Assembly: GCA_000091205.1 (NCBI GenBank)
Contig: AP006493.2
Strand: one strand, 5' to 3'
Origin: Cyanidioschyzon merolae
Lineage: Eukaryota
Length of the DNA stretch: 64,000 nt
The notes beneath the pieces were generated by a model that was given only the letters and a program-made list of their open reading frames with translations, was not told the DNA's origin and ran no database searches. A program made the translations under genes and the position numbers. The number at the start of each line of letters is the position of its first letter. The first letter of the stretch is position 1. Below, piece after piece: positions 20,284 to 32,320 of this stretch.

Positions 20284-22362
20284 TCATGATAGGAAACTCT
20301 GGATGACGGCGTCGACAGCACTCGGGTCCGCAAGGGTGCTCAGGTCGCCGAGAACACTGCGGTCCAAGTCCCGACCCTGTTCGGAGATTTTTCGCAGAAT
20401 TCGCCTCATGATCTTTCCACTGCGAGTTTTGGGCAGTGCTGGCGTCCAGATGATGCGCTCTGGTGCGGCAAAGGCGCCAATCTCTTTGCGACACGTCTGC
20501 ACAAGTTCGTTGCGCAGTGTATCGCTCGGTGTATAGCCATCAGCCAAGATAACGAAGCACGCAATACATTCGCCCTTGATCTCGTGCGGCATACCAACAA
20601 CTGCTGCCTCAGCAACTGCGGGATGCCGTACCAGTGCGCTTTCCACCTCTGCGGTGCCGATTCGATGTCCGCTCACATTAATGACATCGTCGACTCGTCC
20701 AGTGATCCAGATATATCCATCACCGTCGCGGCGGCAGCCATCGCCAGTCATGTAATAGCCGGGGAACGGTTTGAAGTAGCCGTTCTCGAAGCGCGCTTGG
20801 GCTCCGAATATCGTGCGCAGGCACGAGGGCCACGGATCACGGATGCAGAGATATCCCTCACTTTCTTGGCCGGGTACAAAGGGGATCTCCTTGCCCCGGT
20901 CATCAAGCACCGCCAATCGAATACCGAAAAACGGTACACCTGCTGATCCAGGTTTTTGTTGAAAGCCACGAACTGGAGGCGAGATCACAACGTGTGCGCC
21001 AGTCTCTGTCTGCCAGTAGGTGTCGACAACATTGCAACGACTGTCGCCGACCACCTGATGGTACCACTCCCAGACCTGCGGGTTAATGGGTTCCCCAACG
21101 GTGGCCAGGATCTTGAGGGACGTCCGTTTGTATCTTTTGACGTACTCGTCGCCGGCCTTTTTCAGGGAACGTATCGCAGTTGGCGCCGTGTACAAGTGCG
21201 TCACCTGATATTTGTCGACAATGGCCCAGAGTCGCCCGGGATCCGGCCATGTCGGGACACCCTCGAAAAGCACCTGGGTCGCAGCATTGAGCATGGGTCC
21301 GTACACTACGTAACTGTGGCCCGTGATCCACCCGCAATCAGCGGTGCAAAAGTACACATCACCGGGCTGGTAATTGAACGAGTACTTGAATGTGAGCGCG
21401 GCATTAACCATGTAGCCGCCCGTGGTATGCAGGACACCCTTGGGTGTCCCAGTGCTGCCCGAGGTGTACAGAAGAAAGAGCGGATCTTCGGCTTTCATCC
21501 ACTCAATGGCATCATCAGGTCCAGAGACAGCCTCTTCCATGGCAACGCGAAGGTCAACATCGCGTCCGGCCTGCATCGTCAAGTTTGGTAGCATCGATTC
21601 ACCCAAACGCCGCAGCACCAACTGGCAAGAAACGTGGAAACTGGGATCCCTCGTTTGGCATATTTCGATCGCTTCATCGACCGTCGCTTTCAGTTCGATT
21701 CGTTTCGGGCCACGTCTGATGCCATCACAAGAGAGGATCACCGCCGATCTGGCATCGAGAAGCCGCCCTGCAAGCGCCTCAGCGGAGAAGCCCCCAAACA
21801 CTACATTGTGAACGGCTCCAATACGCGCACATGCCAACATCGCGGCTGGTAGCTCGGGCACCATTGGCATGTAGATCGTAACGGTATCCCCGCGCCGCAC
21901 ACCCTGTCGACGCAGCACTCGAGCGATCCGTTTCACCATATCTAGCAGCTCGGCATAGGTTATCGCACGATGTGTATCCATGTCGTCCATATCGTTTGCC
22001 TCACAGTAGAGCGCAACCCTATTGCCTAGCCCTTGTTCAACATGGCGGTCAAGCGCGTTGTAGCAGATATTAGTCTCTGCTCGGAAAAACCATTCGACTT
22101 GAATGGGTCCTTGGCGCACGTCAAAGTTATAGCGGTAGACGCTGTCTGGTGTGATTGCATTAGGGTCCCGCCAATAGAAGTTATTCCTCGCCATTTCTAA
22201 CCAAAACCCAGTAGGGTCACGTAAGGAACGCGTGTACATTTCGCAGTAAGTCTCATAGTCAGGAATATGGAACGCAGAATTGCGCAGGTACTCTGGCGAC
22301 GCCGAAACGCCGCTAGCACGCAGCGTCGACGCCAACGCAGCGTCAACTTCCTGGGGCGGCAT
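20284..22362 (-). CDS. ACS: acetyl-CoA synthetase (AMP-forming)
   Basis: LLYTSGSTGTPKGVLHTTGGYMV, YWQTETGAHV and the C-terminal GKIMRRILRKI are diagnostic. The listed ORF begins at a non-ATG codon at 22665; the first ATG that agrees with homology (MPPQEV…) is near 22362. The stop codon is TGA. Confidence 0.9.
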   Translation of the reverse strand: MPPQEVDAALASTLRASGVSASPEYLRNSAFHIPDYETYCEMYTRSLRDPTGFWLEMARNNFYWRDPNAITPDSVYRYNFDVRQGPIQVEWFFRAETNICYNALDRHVEQGLGNRVALYCEANDMDDMDTHRAITYAELLDMVKRIARVLRRQGVRRGDTVTIYMPMVPELPAAMLACARIGAVHNVVFGGFSAEALAGRLLDARSAVILSCDGIRRGPKRIELKATVDEAIEICQTRDPSFHVSCQLVLRRLGESMLPNLTMQAGRDVDLRVAMEEAVSGPDDAIEWMKAEDPLFLLYTSGSTGTPKGVLHTTGGYMVNAALTFKYSFNYQPGDVYFCTADCGWITGHSYVVYGPMLNAATQVLFEGVPTWPDPGRLWAIVDKYQVTHLYTAPTAIRSLKKAGDEYVKRYKRTSLKILATVGEPINPQVWEWYHQVVGDSRCNVVDTYWQTETGAHVVISPPVRGFQQKPGSAGVPFFGIRLAVLDDRGKEIPFVPGQESEGYLCIRDPWPSCLRTIFGAQARFENGYFKPFPGYYMTGDGCRRDGDGYIWITGRVDDVINVSGHRIGTAEVESALVRHPAVAEAAVVGMPHEIKGECIACFVILADGYTPSDTLRNELVQTCRKEIGAFAAPERIIWTPALPKTRSGKIMRRILRKISEQGRDLDRSVLGDLSTLADPSAVDAVIQSFLS

Positions 22363-22853
22363 CAGCGACGTTGTGGCTCGCGACCTCTCCACCCTGTGTG
22401 CACACGCCCGTAGTTCTCGAATTATGCCCCGCTGCCGATGCACAGTTCTGAATCTGAGCACTCGCTGGTTGCAGGGGAAGCAACGCCGCTGCTTCCCAGG
22501 AACGTCAAAGCCCCGAGCGCGAACTTGAACTGGGAGCTGGACAAGGCCAACGAATGCTGCCTGAATGAGTCCGGTACTAGGCATGCAGTTGCTCGCAGAG
22601 GGTATGCTCTCGGCACGGGTTGCTTTGAAAACCAGCGCTCGCTGTCGTGCGATAAGGGTACGCACCGGAGAGTAAACGCTTGGAATGGGTAAATTTAGAA
22701 TGGAGACGCTTTCGCGACGAAGGCGCAGGTGCGTTATCAGGTCGCCGGCGTATGCGCAGGGCTGCTACGGACAGCGCGTGGTCGCTTCGCGGCGTCGGGG
22801 TACCGAGATCGATGTCCTTAAAGTGCAGTTATGTACAGAAACATCCGTTGGGC

Positions 22854-25438
22854 TATAATTATACAACTATATCCTATTTGTTTCCGTTCGTGTTCGCACA
22901 GGCACTCAGTGCCCGGCACGCACCGCGAGCGACTGGAGCACTGTCGCGCACAGCTCTGATGCTGGCAAAGATAGCTCGCGATACGCCGCATTATTTCTAC
23001 AAAGCAGTCATTCTGTGGACACTACGACAATACACCGCCTGTATCGTTATCGGTATCCTGAACATCGTGCGCCCGCACCAAAACACGTTCAACAATCTCT
23101 ACGCAACTGCCTACTCGCCAAGCCATTCCAGCTTATGCCTTCTCGAAGGAATGCCGCGCAACAGGCGCCAGCATCTGAGGTTCGCGTACCGTTGCATCGC
23201 ACGACGACAACGAGACATTGAGGGTCAGCGCAGAAGGCAGGTTTCTGTGCGAGACCGTCGCGCTGCGCACATGACGCCGTCAATGGCGTCCCTCAAGGAG
23301 CATACATATCCCAGAAGCGACAGGAGTTCACCTCGCTCGATTCCAGTCCACGACGGGAGCACTGCTTGGCCTGTATGCAGGCAACCAAAACGTGGCAATC
23401 CGCTGTTCGCAAGGAAGCGACATGCGCGTACGACAAAAAGAACAGCACCAACAACAACAGCGGCAGCAGCAGCAGCAGCCCAGGAGCCGATGCTGGCGAG
23501 CGGTCGCCTACAAACCGCCACACAGACGGCGTCGTTCCTCACCTCATCCTGCGTTGAAACATTTCGAGGCTTCTCCATCGCGCTTGCTGATGCCCTGTCC
23601 TTGGACAGCGCCGCCTAGCACAGCACGGGAGAAGCACCGGCGTACGCATCTGGGATTCGTGTTCAGCTGCTCTTTGTAGCAGTTTGTTTTCCGCGGCCTC
23701 ATCCAGCGGCATGCGGCCTGTCTCTGCGTCGCCAACAACCGTTTCTACGCCCACGGACACGTTTCGAAAACACGACTCGCTCGCGTCCCCGGCACCGAGA
23801 CAAGCCGGACGCCGTGAGCGATAGCGTAGCACCGTCCCCGAGAGACTCTCGCCTCCTTGATGGACGTCGCGTCCGAATGGTCGCTGAACCGTGATGCCTG
23901 GCTTCCCGGCATCTCGCGCTACTCCGTTTCCGTAAATAGCGCTGGGCAGCGCATACCAGACTGCCTCCGGGAACGTGAGCGCCCCCCGCTCCCTCAACAG
24001 TCTAGTGGATATGGTCCATGGTTACGAGACCAGGACCCATGAGGGTACCCGCTGAGACACTCTTTGTCGCGTGTGGCCTTCCTGGTGCGCGATGCCCGGT
24101 CTATCTACGCAGCAACCAGGACACATTCGTACTGCTCCGCAGCGGGCATCGGCCGAGCTCGTCCAAGCTCTTTCGCCTACGCGCTCGGAGCCCAAAGACG
24201 TTTACAGCGACCACGGACACTGACCGAATATCACTTTGGATGTGCTCTGTGAGACCCAGGCCTGCGTCTCGAAACAGGACTCGATTTACGCCCATAGAGA
24301 TAGATGAAGAGCAAGTATTCAGGGCGGGCGTGGATCCCGAGTTCGAGTGCGTCACGACTGCCGCCGTGCCTCCAGCCCAGCGGGGCAGAACCGGCGATCA
24401 GCACCGCGAGCAGGTGTCGCTGCTCAGCCTGCTCCACGACTCGGTACCAGCGGGCGTCGTGCACCACACACACACCAGGAGGCGTACCAGCAGGTGCAGT
24501 GACTACCTCAGGGGCTATCTCGGCAATCAAAGCATCCTATCGAGCAGCGGCGGATGCTTCGTGCAGTGCACTCAGAGCGCCTATACGAGCGTCCGAATGC
24601 AGCACGCGGACGCTTTTCGACACAGGTACATGACACCGTGCTGCTGTCGCCAATGGCATCGATTGTGCGGAGCCAAGGAGCGTACATCCACACCGCCTAG
24701 TTCGGTGCGTCGGAAACGGGAATCATCGACGAGGCGCGCGGTATGCCTGAAACCTCTGGTACGGGGTGTGCTTTTGGAGCACACGGGCTGCACTCGTGCT
24801 CCTTCGATGCGAGCGTGCGACAGGCACAAGAATCGATTCCGTACAGATCCCGTCGACGAATGCACGACAACATACAAGTATCACGAACTGGGGTTCAGCC
24901 TAATCCAGTTCGAGAAGAAAAAGAGCATGAAACAGAGATCAATGCACGGGATGGTGTACGGGACGCCGAACGAACGTCAGATGGCGACAGCGTCAAAGTT
25001 CGGTGACCTCGTAGAGCCTGAAACAGAGACCAATGCACCAGGTGGTGTACGGGACGCCGAACGAACGTCAGATGGCGACAGCGTCAAAGTTCGGTGACCT
25101 CGTTTGGTGCGAATGTGCCAGCACCTAGGCGCCCAGGCTCTTTCCATACTACGACTTGAGCCGCTCGATCAACACGCGGAAGCGAGTCTTGGTTTGAGTC
25201 GAGCGAGCTTTCGACGCAGTCGTTCAGTACTCAGTATCGGTGCGCTGCTGAAACGCTGATGACGCTCGATGGAAAACTCAGTGGTCAGCAGAGAGGGAGT
25301 TGGATTCCAGACTGGAGCAAGGCACTGGTATGGTGCGGTTGGGAAATCCCGCAATGCGAGAGCGGCTTGGGTATGCTCTGAAGACGATGTTCTTTGCCAA
25401 CAAGCGAGCGATAATGATGCTCCGTTATTCGATGTTCG
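22854..25438. repeat. large direct repeat DR1, copy A (about 2.59 kb, non-coding as far as I can tell)
   Basis: About 98-99% identical to 29305..31887. It contains a (CAA/CAG)n tract near 23440 and a 91-bp tandem duplication at 24930..25104. The listed ORFs inside it are low-complexity. Confidence 0.85.
24930..25104. repeat. tandem duplication of about 91 bp inside DR1 (also present in copy B at about 31380-31560)
   Basis: The unit aaacagaga(t/c)caatgcac…gatggcgacagcgtcaaagttcggtgacctcgt occurs twice head-to-tail. Confidence 0.7.
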
Positions 25439-26053
25439 TTCGCATCAGTACACCATGATTCGCGAGACAGACTCGCACCACCAGCGCATCCAGTCCGCCC
25501 AGCACCTGACCATGGGCAGCAAGTTACGTCATGTGGACTCACATTCACAAGAAAAATGAGGATGCTGTCATGTCAACCGCGGGCGATCGCGTTGCCAGTG
25601 AACTTGGGCTAAACTCTCCCATTATGAAGATTGCGGTTCGAAGCAAGCGTTTCGGGGATGGGATACCGGCGTGATGCCACGCCTAGGCGCGATACGGTTG
25701 CGATGTGACGAACCGATGCTCGCATACACAGCAACGGCACCAGTCAAAGGCAATACCTTTTCGACAGCCTCCGTCCGATCGCTCGTCGCACAGAGAACCT
25801 AGACGCTCTGATGTACGCTAAAACGAATGCGCATATCTACAGCAATGCATGGTGTACGCTCCCAAAGCCTGTTGCAGCTCGGCAGGTATAGCCTGCCTGA
25901 CATGTATGTAGCGGAATCGATACTCCACGAGCTTGTCCACATGTCATGCTTGCCCGGACAGCTGGACGAGCTGAACAGGCGTGGAAATGAGCGCTTTATC
26001 CATGAACCTGCATCACTACCGTTCCAACTTCCGCATTAGATGATGCGCATGGA

Positions 26054-27367
26054 ATGCTCTTTCAACATATGCGTGGAGGAAAACGTGTGGAGTCACTGCT
26101 CCGCCGCCTCGCTCGCTATCTATCCAGGGGCGCTGCTATTGCTGGCTTGCTTCTCTGTTGCCTCTGGGTGACTTCGTACCTGGTGCGCTCGCCTAGCACC
26201 GGGCTGCGTGTTCCCGACGCGAATGACGGTCGCGCAGGTGCTGGAGCAGCTGCGCTCTCAGAGCCCCTGGTCAGCACAACAACAACAACAACTGGGGACA
26301 CGGCGCGACGCCAGGTCGCCGACGATGCTGTGACCTTTGCACTCGTTGTCATCAACCACGGCAGCGTACCTTTCTTTCTGAACTGGGTTTGTCACTACCG
26401 TTGCGTGCTTCAGTCGCAGTTCCTCGCGGGCACCGTGCGGCTTCCGGTGACCGTCCGGGCAAGAGCCACCGACGGTAAAGTCCTCGACTGGTTACGGCAG
26501 CGGAGCCTGGACACTCCATGGCTCCGGATACGAGCAGCCCGTGCCCCTCTTGCTAGGGCAGTCGCTTCCTATCAAGCTATGAAAGCGTCAAACAGTCTCT
26601 TTTATGAAATTGAAAGACAAAAATTCTCGGCAGTGCATGCAATGTTTGCGCGGACGACGCACCTTCCATCTCGATTCTATCTGCTCGTCTGCGATGTCGA
26701 TGTAGTGTTTCTGCACGAGCCAGTTAGAGCCATACTTAGATACGGCGACGCTGACCTCTACATGCAGTGCGATGGATGCAACACCGAGCTGTACGGGGCG
26801 CAGCAGGTGCAGTGCCCCTATGAGTACAACACAGGTTTCATGCTCTTTGCCGTTGATCAGCGAACCCGCAGCGGCAGATTACGATTTCAGGCGATACGAC
26901 AACTGATTGCAGAGGTTGTTCACGAGTCCATTAAGACAGAGCGCGCACGTCAACTACAACCTGAACGAAAGTCTGTACACGATCAATTCATTTTCAACAA
27001 GGTTCTGAAGAAATGGACTCATAACCATATGGTACAGTTACGTTCACCGTATGAGAACATGACGTCTATCGCAGGAATAGAGTATGTGCGCCCACGCATC
27101 ATGTATCTCCCGTATGAGGTGTTCCCGAACGGATGTGTGTTGTTTGGATACCGGCATCGCGAGCCGTCTCCAGCTGTTCGTGCCCTGCTCGAGAGAGGCC
27201 TCGTCGTGGCTGTACATGCAAACTATCGAAATGGCGCCTCTGAAAAATGGAGGGCGCTTCGCAGTGTGAATCTAACGATCGCATCGACACAGGAAGAGTC
27301 GCTCAACGCTCAGTTATGTCCTCCGTGCGATGAAATCCAAGCTACAGCATCAACGGGGCACATGTAG
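26054..27367 (+). CDS. type-II membrane glycosyltransferase, nucleotide-diphospho-sugar transferase (GT77/PF03407-like)
   Basis: An N-terminal signal-anchor segment, then FALVVINHGSVPFFLNWVCH, a DxD-type motif (CDVDVVF) and a C-terminal HANYRNGASEKW, which together resemble GT77-family transferases. The family assignment is from memory. Confidence 0.5.
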   Translation: MLFQHMRGGKRVESLLRRLARYLSRGAAIAGLLLCCLWVTSYLVRSPSTGLRVPDANDGRAGAGAAALSEPLVSTTTTTTGDTARRQVADDAVTFALVVINHGSVPFFLNWVCHYRCVLQSQFLAGTVRLPVTVRARATDGKVLDWLRQRSLDTPWLRIRAARAPLARAVASYQAMKASNSLFYEIERQKFSAVHAMFARTTHLPSRFYLLVCDVDVVFLHEPVRAILRYGDADLYMQCDGCNTELYGAQQVQCPYEYNTGFMLFAVDQRTRSGRLRFQAIRQLIAEVVHESIKTERARQLQPERKSVHDQFIFNKVLKKWTHNHMVQLRSPYENMTSIAGIEYVRPRIMYLPYEVFPNGCVLFGYRHREPSPAVRALLERGLVVAVHANYRNGASEKWRALRSVNLTIASTQEESLNAQLCPPCDEIQATASTGHM

Positions 27368-28186
27368 ATTCGCGAAAGCCACAGAACGCCGGGCAACGTG
27401 TCTACATGCTTGCTGCTAAGGCGCTCTATCCACTGGTGTCCGCAACGATGGTGCATTTCGCGCTCGTGGCATGCTTTTGCGCGTTCCTGACAACGCTAAC
27501 AGCTTGCCGGCTGTCGCTTGGGTAAAGTCGCTTCTGTGCCGGAAATCCCTGCACAATGTCCGTGACAATTTCCTAAAGCGTTCATGAAAGCTCTGATCGG
27601 GGATTAACAGTTGAGCGAATGGCATCGAGCGGCCAGCGTCGGTGTGCATCCTAGCTATCGCGTTTTGTCCACTTCATACGGGATTGGCATCTGCGGCTCC
27701 CTCCGCTGCGCTCTCCATTCATCCATGACCGATGCTTGAGCAACTTCATTTCGTGAAGTTTCAACGGAGTAAGCGCTAGCGCCGCAAATGCTCGCTCGTG
27801 CTCACCTACGTGGCAGATCTCAGAGAGGCACCACGCGATTGACTTCTCCTGACGTGACATTCTGCGCCAAGTCGGCAAGCGTGCCGCGCTCCAGCCTCCA
27901 TGACGGAAGTTGGGCGTCTTCCCGTCTCTGCTTTCTGCTATGCTTCCATACAGGTCGACAAGAGTCACTGAGAAAATGCGATTAGCACGGATCTACCCCC
28001 TGATGCGCCAGCAGCGGTGCTTGCTGCTTTCAGACATCTCTCGACGAGGCCACACAAATGCTGTCATCCGCTCCGTCTTGATGATTTCGGCACTAATAGG
28101 TGATCCTGCAAGGGTCCAACGCCCACTTATACAGCGTAGATGCTACCTATGAATGCCAGGTTCTCTAAGCTGTCACTTACAGACGC

Positions 28187-29176
28187 CTACACCGAATCGC
28201 GAAGAAGCTTACGGTCCTTAGCGGCAGCTTCGCGTTCTCGTCGCTCGAGATGCCGTTTCCAACCTCGATGCTTTTTCATTGACGCGTCGCGCTCCTTCTG
28301 CAACTGGTCTCGAATCATGCTGCGTTTCCAAAAGAAGGGACGCGTCTTCCTACCGGCAGCAAGCTGCTCAGTCTCTTCTCGTTTGTGGCGTCTAAGTAGC
28401 GCTTGGAAGCTCTCGGTAACTTCGTCTCGTCGAACTTGATTCTGACGTCGGTCGACTTCGGAGCGCAACTCCTTGTGCAGCGAGCGCAGCGTATCGCGTT
28501 CGGATTCATGGGCAATTTTCAACCGCTTCTCTAGAGCGGCTAGCTTAATTTTTGCTTCATCCAAAGCTTTTCGACGAAGGTCTCGGAGAAAACTGTATCG
28601 CTGCTCGAAGACGTTCTCATCGAATCGGCCGCAGAGCGGGTCAAACCGAGGATCAACCGGTTTCGCAACCCGCTGGCTTACAACTTGGCGCGCGTTTCGC
28701 GTAGAGAGCTTACCTCCTGCATCCATAACAGCTGGTGCGTTCTTATGAGGTCTGCGCAAGCCGTTGTCCGCCGAGCTTTCAGTGGTTCGCACGCTGCCTT
28801 CCTCCTGCTTCTTCTGGCGCAGTTGGCGCACGTGTTCGGCTAAAGTGCGTACTGCTTCACTGGACTGTTCCTCTGATTTGAAGGGTTTCGTAGGGCCCGC
28901 CCCCTCACGCGCTCCGCGCTGAAACTTTTGCGATACGAGTGCGGGAATGGCGCTCATCGCGCTCGAGACTTCTGCAGCGAGCGGGCCGGAGCTCGTGCTT
29001 CGACCAGTTCGCTGCAGCACCTGAGGTCGCGACTGTGCTGCCTTCTCGGACGGTTGCACAGTAGCTGGCGCACCACCGGTCCTTGAGCGCTTGTTCTCCA
29101 TCCAAGAGTTACAAGGGCGCACGTTGCTGCTTGACGTGCACCAGTACTTGACACCGTACGGTGGCTTGAATTGCAA
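28187..29176 (-). CDS. RRP36: rRNA biogenesis protein RRP36-like (DUF947)
   Basis: The basic, coiled C-terminal half carries …PVDPRFDPLCGRFDENVFEQRYSFLRDLRRKALDEAKIKLAA…, typical of RRP36. The true start may be an internal ATG. Confidence 0.5.
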   Translation of the reverse strand: MQFKPPYGVKYWCTSSSNVRPCNSWMENKRSRTGGAPATVQPSEKAAQSRPQVLQRTGRSTSSGPLAAEVSSAMSAIPALVSQKFQRGAREGAGPTKPFKSEEQSSEAVRTLAEHVRQLRQKKQEEGSVRTTESSADNGLRRPHKNAPAVMDAGGKLSTRNARQVVSQRVAKPVDPRFDPLCGRFDENVFEQRYSFLRDLRRKALDEAKIKLAALEKRLKIAHESERDTLRSLHKELRSEVDRRQNQVRRDEVTESFQALLRRHKREETEQLAAGRKTRPFFWKRSMIRDQLQKERDASMKKHRGWKRHLERREREAAAKDRKLLRDSV

Positions 29177-29304
29177 TAGTTTTCGGGTAGCTGCTCAGGC
29201 GCCATACTGGCAGCAGCACAGCAGTCGATGAGGAATATGCATATTTATACAGCGATGTCTAGTAATGTCGCGGACGCTTCCTTGCAAGGAGTTGTGCATC
29301 TGGA

Positions 29305-31887
29305 TATAATTATACAACTATATCCTATTTGTTTCCGTTCGTGTTCGCACAGGCACTCAATGCCCGGCACGCACCGCGAACGACTGGAGCACTGTCGCGC
29401 ACAGCTCTGATGCTGGCAAAGATAGCTCGCGATACGCCGCATTATTTCTACAAAGCAGTCATTCTATGGTCACTACGACAATACACCGCCTGTATCGTTA
29501 TCGGTATCCTGAACATCGTGCGCCCGCACCAAAACACGTTCAACAATCTCTACGCAACTGCCTACTCGCCAAGCCATTCCAGCTTATGCCTTCTCGAAGG
29601 AATGCCGCGCAACAGGCGCCAGCATCTGAGGTTCGCGTACCGTTGCATCGCACGACGACAACGAGACATTGAGGGTCAGCGCAGAAGGCAGGTTTCTGTG
29701 CGAGACCGTCGCGCTGCGCACATGACGCCGTCAATGGCGTCCCTCAAGGAGCATACATATCCCAGAAGCGACAGGAGTTCACCTCGCTCGATTCCAGTCC
29801 ACGACGGGAGCACTGCTTGGCCTGTATGCAGGCAACCAAAACGTGGCAATCCGCTATTCGCAAGGAAGCGACATGCGCGTACGACAAAAAGAACAGCACC
29901 AACAACAACAGCGGCAGCAGCAGCAGCAGCCCAGGAGCCGATGCTGGCGAGCGGTCGCCTGCAAACCGCCACACAGACGGCGTCGTTCCTCACCTCATCC
30001 TGCGTTGAAACATTTCGAGGCTTCTCCATCGCGCTTGCTGATGCCCTGTCCTTGGACAGCGCCGCCTAGCATAGCACGGGAGAAGCACCGGCGTAGGCAT
30101 CTGGGATTCGTGTTCAGCTGCTCTTTGTAGCAGTTTGTTTTCCGCGGCCTCATCCAGCCGCATGCGGCCTGTCTCTGCGTCGCCAACAACCGTTTCTACG
30201 CCCACGGACACGTTTCGAAAACACGACTCGCTCGCGTCCCCGGCACCGAGACAAGCCGGACGCCGTGAGCCAGAGCGTAGCACCGTCCCCGAGAGACTCT
30301 CGCCTCCTTGATGGACGTCGCGTCCGAATGGTCGCTGAACCGTGATGCCTGGCTTCCCGGCATCTCGCGCTACTCCGTTTCCGTGAATAGCGCTGGGCAG
30401 CGCATACCAGACTGCCTCCGGGAACGTGAGCGCCCCCCGCTCCCTCAACAGTCTAGTGGATATGGTCCATGGTTACGAGACCAGGACCCATGAGGGTACC
30501 CGCTGAGACACTCTTTCTCGCGTGTGGCCTTCCTGGTGCGCGATGCCCGGTCTCTGTACGCAGCAACCAGGACACATTCGTACTGCTCCGCAGCGGGCAT
30601 CGGCCGAGCTCGTCCAAGCTCTTTCGCCTACGCGCTCGGAGCCCAAAGACGTTTACAGCGACCACGGACACTGACCGAATATCACTTTGGATGCGCTTTG
30701 TGAGACACAGGCCTGCGTCTCGAACCAGGACTCGATTTACGCCCATAGAGATAGATGAAGAGCAAGTATTCAGGGCGGGCGTGGATCCCGAGTTCGAGTG
30801 CGTCACGACCGCCGCCGTGCCTCCAGCCCAGTAGGGCAGAGCCAGCGATCAGCACCGCGAGCAGGTGTCGCTGCTCAGCTTGCTCCACGACTCGGTACCA
30901 GCGGGCGTCGTGCACCACACACACCAGGAGGCGTACCAGCAGGTGCAGTGACTACCTCAGGGGCTATCTCGGCAATCAAAGCATCCTATCGAGCAGCGGC
31001 GGATGCTTCGTGCAGTGCACTCAGAGCGCCTATACGAGCGTCCGAATGCAGCACGCGGACGCTTTTCGACACAGGTACATGACACCGTGCTGCTGTCGCC
31101 AATGGCATCGATTGTGCGGAGCCAAGGAGCGTACATCCACACCGCCTAGTTCGGTGCGTCGGAAAAGGGAATCATCGACGAGGCGCGCGGTATGCCTGAA
31201 ACCTCTGGTACGGGGTGTGCTTTTGGAGCACACGGGCTGCACTCGTGCTCCTTCGATGCGAGCGTGCGACAGGCACAAGAATCGATTCCGTACAGATCCC
31301 GTCGACGAATGCACGACAACATACAAGTATCACGAACTGGGGTTCAGCCTAATCTAGTTCGAGAAGAAAAAGAGCATGAAACAGAGATCAATGCACGGGA
31401 TGGTGTACGGGACGCCGAACGAACGTCAGATGGCGACAGCGTCAAAGTTCGGTGACCTCGTAGAGCCTGAAACAGAGACCAATGCACCAGGTGGTGTACG
31501 GGACGCCAAACGAACGTCAGATGGCGACAGCGTGTAAGGTCGGTGACCTCGTTTGGTGCGAATGTGCCAGCACCTAGGCGCCCAGGCTCTTTCCATACTG
31601 CGACTTGAGCCGCTCGATCAACACTCGAAAGCGAGTCTTGGTTTGAGTCGAGCGAGCTTTCGACGCAGTCGTTCAGTACTCAGTATCGGTGCGCTGCTGA
31701 AACGCTGATGACGCTCGATGGAAAACTCAGTGGTCAGCAGAGAGGGAGTTGGATTCCAGACTGGAGCAAGGCACTGGTATGGTGCGGTTGGGAAATCCCG
31801 CAATGCGAGAGCGGCTTGGGTATGCTCTGAAGACGATGTTCTTTGCCAACAAGCGAACGATAATGATGCTCCTTTATTTGATGTTCG
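29305..31887. repeat. large direct repeat DR1, copy B
   Basis: Collinear with 22854..25438. It begins about 130 bp upstream of the RRP36-like start codon. Confidence 0.85.
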
Positions 31888-32320
31888 GTTGTCTAGTTCG
31901 ACACAGCTTTCGTGCTCGTTCGCTTCGGATGCCGGTCGCGCTAGAGTCTCGAGTGCATACCTGCGCATGTAAATTGGTTCTGCATAGCTTGACGTGCTCT
32001 CTGGGTGATGCAGTTTGCAGAAATCACAAGAGCGCCGACGCACGTCCTTTCAGAAAAACGACATTGCTCGCGAGTTTCCGGGCGATGCAGTGCTTCATCT
32101 TTGTAGGGCCAAGTTTTCGCACCGCTCCGAGAGTTTTCAGAGCATTCGCCTTCTACTGAGCACCACCGGTTACCTGCAAACTGCTCGAATGCACGGCTAG
32201 ATGCTCCTGGGATGGCCCATGGCACCCGGCTGCAGTACATCACACTGCGATAGAGGCAGACAGATTGGCTGCCAGTCGCAGCGGCACCGGCAAGCAGCGC
32301 GCTTTGCAGCGTGCTGCGAC

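Noticed and set aside
22680-25097. ORFs 22680..23618 (312 aa) and 24018..25097 (359 aa) inside DR1
   Set aside because: They are low-complexity (poly-Q/A/R/S), overlap antisense ORFs of similar length, and have no domain. They are most likely GC-driven open frames in a non-coding repeat, though an lncRNA or a fast-evolving small protein is not excluded.
22854-31887. DR1 pair as the LTRs of an LTR retrotransposon
   Set aside because: There are no TG…CA termini. The internal 3.9 kb encodes host-type genes (GT77-like, RRP36-like), not gag/pol, and I found no primer-binding site or polypurine tract. Segmental duplication or another repeat type is more likely.
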